Made by a program: the position numbers and the translations under genes. From assembly GCA_964019425.1 (NCBI GenBank), contig OZ025783.1, positions 62,001 through 126,000 on the forward strand: a stretch of 64,000 nt of DNA, in the 5' to 3' direction. Below the pieces are notes generated by a model. That model saw nothing but the letters and a program-made list of their open reading frames with translations. It had not been told where the DNA came from and did not search any database. The DNA comes from Flectonema sp. DT1601. Its lineage: Eukaryota. Numbering within the stretch: the first letter of the stretch is position 1; the number at the start of each line of letters is the position of its first letter. Below, piece after piece: positions 59,643-64,000 of the stretch.

Positions 59643-61085
59643 TTATATCCAGTGAGGAGTGTTGTTCTTCATTGCAGGCCAAGGCATTTCATATTCATGA
59701 AGTTGTCTGTCCCCTTCTTCAGTAGGGAGTCTGGTGTTTCTCGATTCCCAGTAGTCGCGAATATCTTTTCCAATAGGCTGACCGAGTCTAGGAATGTGTT
59801 CACTAACCATTTTACGATGTTCTTTAATTCTTTTAGTGTTTGCATCCCAACGCATACCATTCAGCCATGGGTCATCTAACAGTCGAGATTCAATTTTATC
59901 AGTTTCCATTTCCGCAACCTCATTCGCGATTTCTTCTTCAATTGTTGCGAAGTTTGATTCAGTTTCTCCAAGCTCAGAGAGTGGTACTCGGAGTTTCTTT
60001 TTTAGATGAGGTGGTAGCATCATCGCCTTTTCCGCGTTAAAGAAATCTTCTAATTGTGATAAAGCTCCCTCAGTAAGTATACAATAATGATAACGAAGGC
60101 AGTCGTATCCGTTGAAAGAACGAGGTTCTTGAATTTGAATACCATACGTGAAGATGTTTGGCCAATAGTTATTTGGATGCATCTCCTGTGAAGGAGTGTG
60201 TCGAGGACCTCCATCGATAATGTAAGCTCCTAGTCGAGTTCTGTCAAACCCCCACTGGTTAGCCCAATCACGCATTAGATCAACGCTGTCAGTTGGGAAC
60301 TTTAGTTCATCAACGATGATTAATTTATCTTTCATAAGTTTTAATGACAATGCCATTCTTAAGAATCTAGATTGAATATGAGAAGGAACATCCCTTCTAA
60401 TATCTCTGTGAATTCTAAAACCATGAGTGAATCCACCACCGTGACTCTTTCTAAATCTCTTATTATTATGCCACATACCCTGACCTTGATTAGCACCATT
60501 AGGATGAGGCGCGAGAGATGCTACTGGACCTGGAACATGGGTTCGATGCATTTTCCGAATACCTCCAAAACCTTTAGTCCGATCATGTTCATAGGAATAC
60601 ATTTGATTAAGAACATCTGTTTCTGGAGGTCTTCCAAAGATGTACGAATCGAGTTGAATAGTTTTAACTTCTTCTTTGTGCTGATTAAACACCGGTACGA
60701 ATATTTCATCTTTATTTACATGTTGGAATTGAACCTTTGAAGCAGCAGTTTCATCCATTATGAAACCTTCGTCTCCAAGATTAGGATTGGTATTAAATAA
60801 TGCCTCTCCTTCTTTTCTCTCAGTCGGTATCATTCTCTGACCAGACACATCTGTTGTGTTTGTAAAGAATTCTTTGTGCCCAGGAGTGTCAAACCAATAC
60901 TCTGGTTCTTGTAATAAATAATCACGTGTTAAACCTTCAGGAACTCCGATTGGTCTTCCCATTCCATCTTCATCTTGTCCATCAATTATTTGCGATTGCC
61001 ATCTTCTATCACATCTTCTGACGATACCAGTCGTCCTTCTCATGGACCTCATTTTATTTATTGATATCCTGATGTTTAAGAACAT
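59643..61085 (-). CDS. MRPL4: Mitochondrial ribosomal protein uL4m with long N- and C-terminal extensions (real start may be the ATG at 61052)
   Basis: L4 core IQLDSYIFG..GGGFTHG..RDIRRDVP..RFLRMALSLKL..LIIVDEL..N.YDCLRYHYCILTEGAL; Arg-rich presequence-like MRSMRRTTGIVRRCDRRWQS. Confidence 0.8.
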   Translation of the reverse strand: MFLNIRISINKMRSMRRTTGIVRRCDRRWQSQIIDGQDEDGMGRPIGVPEGLTRDYLLQEPEYWFDTPGHKEFFTNTTDVSGQRMIPTERKEGEALFNTNPNLGDEGFIMDETAASKVQFQHVNKDEIFVPVFNQHKEEVKTIQLDSYIFGRPPETDVLNQMYSYEHDRTKGFGGIRKMHRTHVPGPVASLAPHPNGANQGQGMWHNNKRFRKSHGGGFTHGFRIHRDIRRDVPSHIQSRFLRMALSLKLMKDKLIIVDELKFPTDSVDLMRDWANQWGFDRTRLGAYIIDGGPRHTPSQEMHPNNYWPNIFTYGIQIQEPRSFNGYDCLRYHYCILTEGALSQLEDFFNAEKAMMLPPHLKKKLRVPLSELGETESNFATIEEEIANEVAEMETDKIESRLLDDPWLNGMRWDANTKRIKEHRKMVSEHIPRLGQPIGKDIRDYWESRNTRLPTEEGDRQLHEYEMPWPAMKNNTPHWI

Positions 61086-61164
61086 GAAATAGTAATAAAA
61101 GAACTACACGAAAAGAATTACTTAGAACGAAAAAGTTTTGTTTAAATTAGTTTATTAATTTTAA

Positions 61165-62439
61165 CTACCAAGCACCGTCATTTGAAGAAGATCCGCTGTT
61201 GGAATCGTCGTCGAAAAAACCAATATCGCAATACCGAATACCATTAGATGAATCTGACAACGAATATGTTGAAGTTGAAATTGAAGTGCGACGGTCACTA
61301 TCTTCAGAGTCGATAAATGTGTTATCTCTGTCGCTAGCTTCTTCTCCAAATGATGATGAAGAATCATCACTGGAACTGTCATCTACGACCAAGAGCGATA
61401 AACGACTTCGACCATCTCTGTTTTTTAAATTAACTTTCGAACCTGAATTTAATAATAGTTTTGTTATTTCAGCATTTTGACAAACATGCAATGCTATGTC
61501 ACCTCTATGACCCCTAACATTTGGATCAGCACCGTATCTCAAAAGTACTTCAACCATATCTGGTCTATTAAATAGCGTTGCAGTGAACAGAGCGGTGTTT
61601 TTATTATGAACGGCATTCACATCAGCTTTATTGAGAAGTAATTCTTCGATCATTTCACTGCTGGCTCTCATCTTTATTGCTGATGATAACGGAGCCTCAC
61701 CAGTGATGTCAACTGTATTAACATTTGAACCAGCCGCTATCAACAGTTTCACACATTCTAAAGCACGGTTATTCACGGCACTATGTAAAGGAGTGCAGCC
61801 TTCGATGTCTCTTAATTCAATGTTGTTCGTACGATCAATAATAATTCTGGCTAGTTCCGGATCCCGAACCGTGTGTAGAGGAGATTGACGAGTGTCGCTT
61901 GTGATGGAAATATCAGCCCCGTGGTCGAATAGCATTTTAGACATTTTTTTACGACTTCTTCTGACAGCAGCGTGGAATGGAGTAAAGCCATTCGCATCTT
62001 GCTCATTGACATTAAGTGAGAAACCAGAAGATAACAAGCTCTCCAACACGCTATCGTTAGTACACAGCTTCGCTGCTACACAAAGTATCCCCTCAGGATT
62101 CACTCCCGCTGTTAAGAAATCTTTAATATGAGTCACACGCCCTCGTTTAATCTCGTTTCGTAAACCCGAAGGAGTGATTGACTTCTTTAATGTTTTTAAA
62201 TGTCGTCGTGCAACTTCTCCCTTTGACTGCACGAGTTCTAATTCACTGTCTCCTGAAACACCATAAGATGCTACTAATTTATTACCTTCTAGAAACTGAT
62301 CTTCATAATACAAATCAAACAATAAAGGGTCCGTGCCTTCTTCTTCAGCAAGTTGGTCTTTAGCGTCGTTCACAGTTGTGGTTGCGCTAATTTGGATGAT
62401 TGGGTTTCCGATGATTGTTCTAACTGAGACAGAAAGCAT
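61165..62439 (-). CDS. Ubiquitin-like domain + ankyrin-repeat protein with Ser/Asp-rich tail, 424 aa
   Basis: N-terminal ubiquitin-fold pattern (TVNDAKDQLAEEEG..LYY..LE..LVASYGV..SELELV); ankyrin motifs TPFHAAV, SPLH, TPLHSAV, APLSSAI, TALFTA, IALH. Confidence 0.88.
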   Translation of the reverse strand: MLSVSVRTIIGNPIIQISATTTVNDAKDQLAEEEGTDPLLFDLYYEDQFLEGNKLVASYGVSGDSELELVQSKGEVARRHLKTLKKSITPSGLRNEIKRGRVTHIKDFLTAGVNPEGILCVAAKLCTNDSVLESLLSSGFSLNVNEQDANGFTPFHAAVRRSRKKMSKMLFDHGADISITSDTRQSPLHTVRDPELARIIIDRTNNIELRDIEGCTPLHSAVNNRALECVKLLIAAGSNVNTVDITGEAPLSSAIKMRASSEMIEELLLNKADVNAVHNKNTALFTATLFNRPDMVEVLLRYGADPNVRGHRGDIALHVCQNAEITKLLLNSGSKVNLKNRDGRSRLSLLVVDDSSSDDSSSSFGEEASDRDNTFIDSEDSDRRTSISTSTYSLSDSSNGIRYCDIGFFDDDSNSGSSSNDGAW

Positions 62440-63365
62440 CGAATACGTTAGTTGTTGGTAACCGGAAGTGTATATTTATTATCTGCTTGCTGTAATAGTG
62501 AAAAAAGTGAAACAATTTTAAAATTAATAATAACATTTCTCCAACGTCGTAAACACACATCCAAACGGTAACCGTCTGCCAGTCAACAGCAGTTTTTTTT
62601 TTTTTTTTTTTTTCTTCTCCTTTCGATGTTTTTTTTTGAAAGGTTTTATAAAGCTCGAAAGAGAATGGAGTATTACCACCACAGTATGATTTACTTTTCT
62701 TTCTAAAACCTCTTTTTTTTTTTTTTTTTTTTCCTCCTCAATAAATAAGACTCCAAGAATCATATTTATATTATATTTTACTTCAAAATCAATCCCAATC
62801 ATAAATAAAGGAAAGAAAAAATAACCTTCTTGAGCACGGACCTCGCATAGATGGGAAACGGTAGATAGAAAAAGGAAGGGTGGTCCCCCACATTGCGCAG
62901 TGTCACAGCCTCTAAGAGCTGGCAGTTTTTTTTCCCCTATTTTTTCTTCCTCATGTTAGTTTGCATTATCACAAAAAAAAACATAAAGTGAAGAAGGACT
63001 GAGATGTTGTTAAGATACATCAAACCTATTCACAAACTACTAAATAACAAGTGTCGGAAACTAGTTATTTAGTAGTCCAGCAGTACAAATCAAAAAGAAA
63101 AAAAAAAGAAAGGGAGAAAAAAAAAATCATATTTTTCAATTTTATTAAACAAAAAAGAACAGCAGCTTTGATTAGCTGGTCCACAAACATCGGATTGCTT
63201 ACCGCAATGCGTACAGACTGCAATCTTTCATACAATCGAATTGCAGTGATGGGAAGAAAAGGGGAAACGGATACCAGTAAAACAAACTAAGAAAAACTAT
63301 ACGAGAATATGTATAATTTTCAGAGAAAAAAACAAAACAAATTCGTAGGTATAAGCACATCGTTG

Positions 63366-64000
63366 CTACGATGAGCTAGTCACTTTCTTAACTCGTAGAG
63401 GGGCTTGCGTCCCATCATCAGTCTCGCTGTCATCACTCTCGTAACCCTCGTCGTCTTCATCATCTCCACCAGACGACTCATCTTTTGGTAATGAGTGAAT
63501 TGACGAATTACTCACTCTCTTTCTTAACCTCTCTCTTAATGATCGTTTTATCTCAGACAGCGTTGGACGTTCTGACGGGTCAGGATGAGTCTTTTTTTTT
63601 GGTGTTTTGATATAAGAAGTGAAATCAAAGAAAACTTGTAACAAAAGAATACATACCATCCTTTCTATTAACAACATGTCATCTTTCCATTCCTTTTTGA
63701 ATTCTTCGCAGATCGCGTTTTCTCGTTCAGTTGCTCTGTTAGATTATTTATTACGTTGTTGCTTTTGTTTGTCTTAAAACTAAAATATAAAAAAGAAACA
63801 TACTTCAGAGATTGCAAGTGAATAATTCTTTCGCTATCTGTTGGCCTTTCCATGAAGAGTTCAAAATAAATAGCACCCAAAGAGTAGATGTCACTGTGTC
63901 TTCCGTAAGTTCCGTTATTTTGTTGTTCAGGACTGGCATAAAGTGGAGTTCCAGCAACACCTGTGGTCTGGTTTTCTTCTTGAAGCACAACACCGAGAGG
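63366..64000 (-). CDS. 3' part of a Ser/Thr kinase, eIF2-alpha-kinase (PEK)-like; exons >64000-63804, 63735-63657, 63590-63366
   Basis: GTPLYASPEQ, SDIYSLGAIYFELF, T.SER...LQSLK and (M)THPDPSERPT; GT-AG introns 63736-63803 (68 bp) and 63591-63656 (66 bp) join subdomains X-XI in frame; 5' end lies outside the window. Confidence 0.85.

Overview
Eukaryotic protist DNA, AT-rich with many poly(A)/poly(T) tracts and one 200-N gap. It is most consistent with a euglenozoan, probably a diplonemid; this is inferred from gene organisation and motifs, not from a search. All 15 credible protein genes lie on the minus strand, like a kinetoplastid-type directional cluster, but several carry short GT-AG introns (59-125 bp) with A/C-rich rather than pyrimidine-rich 3' ends. 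About 1.6-27.5 kb contains no credible ORF. The gene-dense half encodes a small protein with two (H/Y)DPY motifs, a stand-alone I9 protease-inhibitor protein, two tandem nucleotide-sugar transporters, a 2,223-aa EGF/IPT multipass surface protein, a SEL1-polyQ-SPRY-like protein, a BRCT protein, RNA polymerase I largest subunit, mitoribosomal uL4m, a ubiquitin-like/ankyrin protein and the 3' end of an eIF2-alpha-kinase-like gene. The two most unusual genes are neighbours. One is an NLR-like STAND protein with an intact-looking arginine ADP-ribosyltransferase domain (ANK-ART-NACHT-pentapeptide-14xWD40). The other is a kinesin motor fused to an alpha/beta-hydrolase, WW, RING and YEATS-like domain. 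All domain calls are by motif recognition only; no database searches were run.
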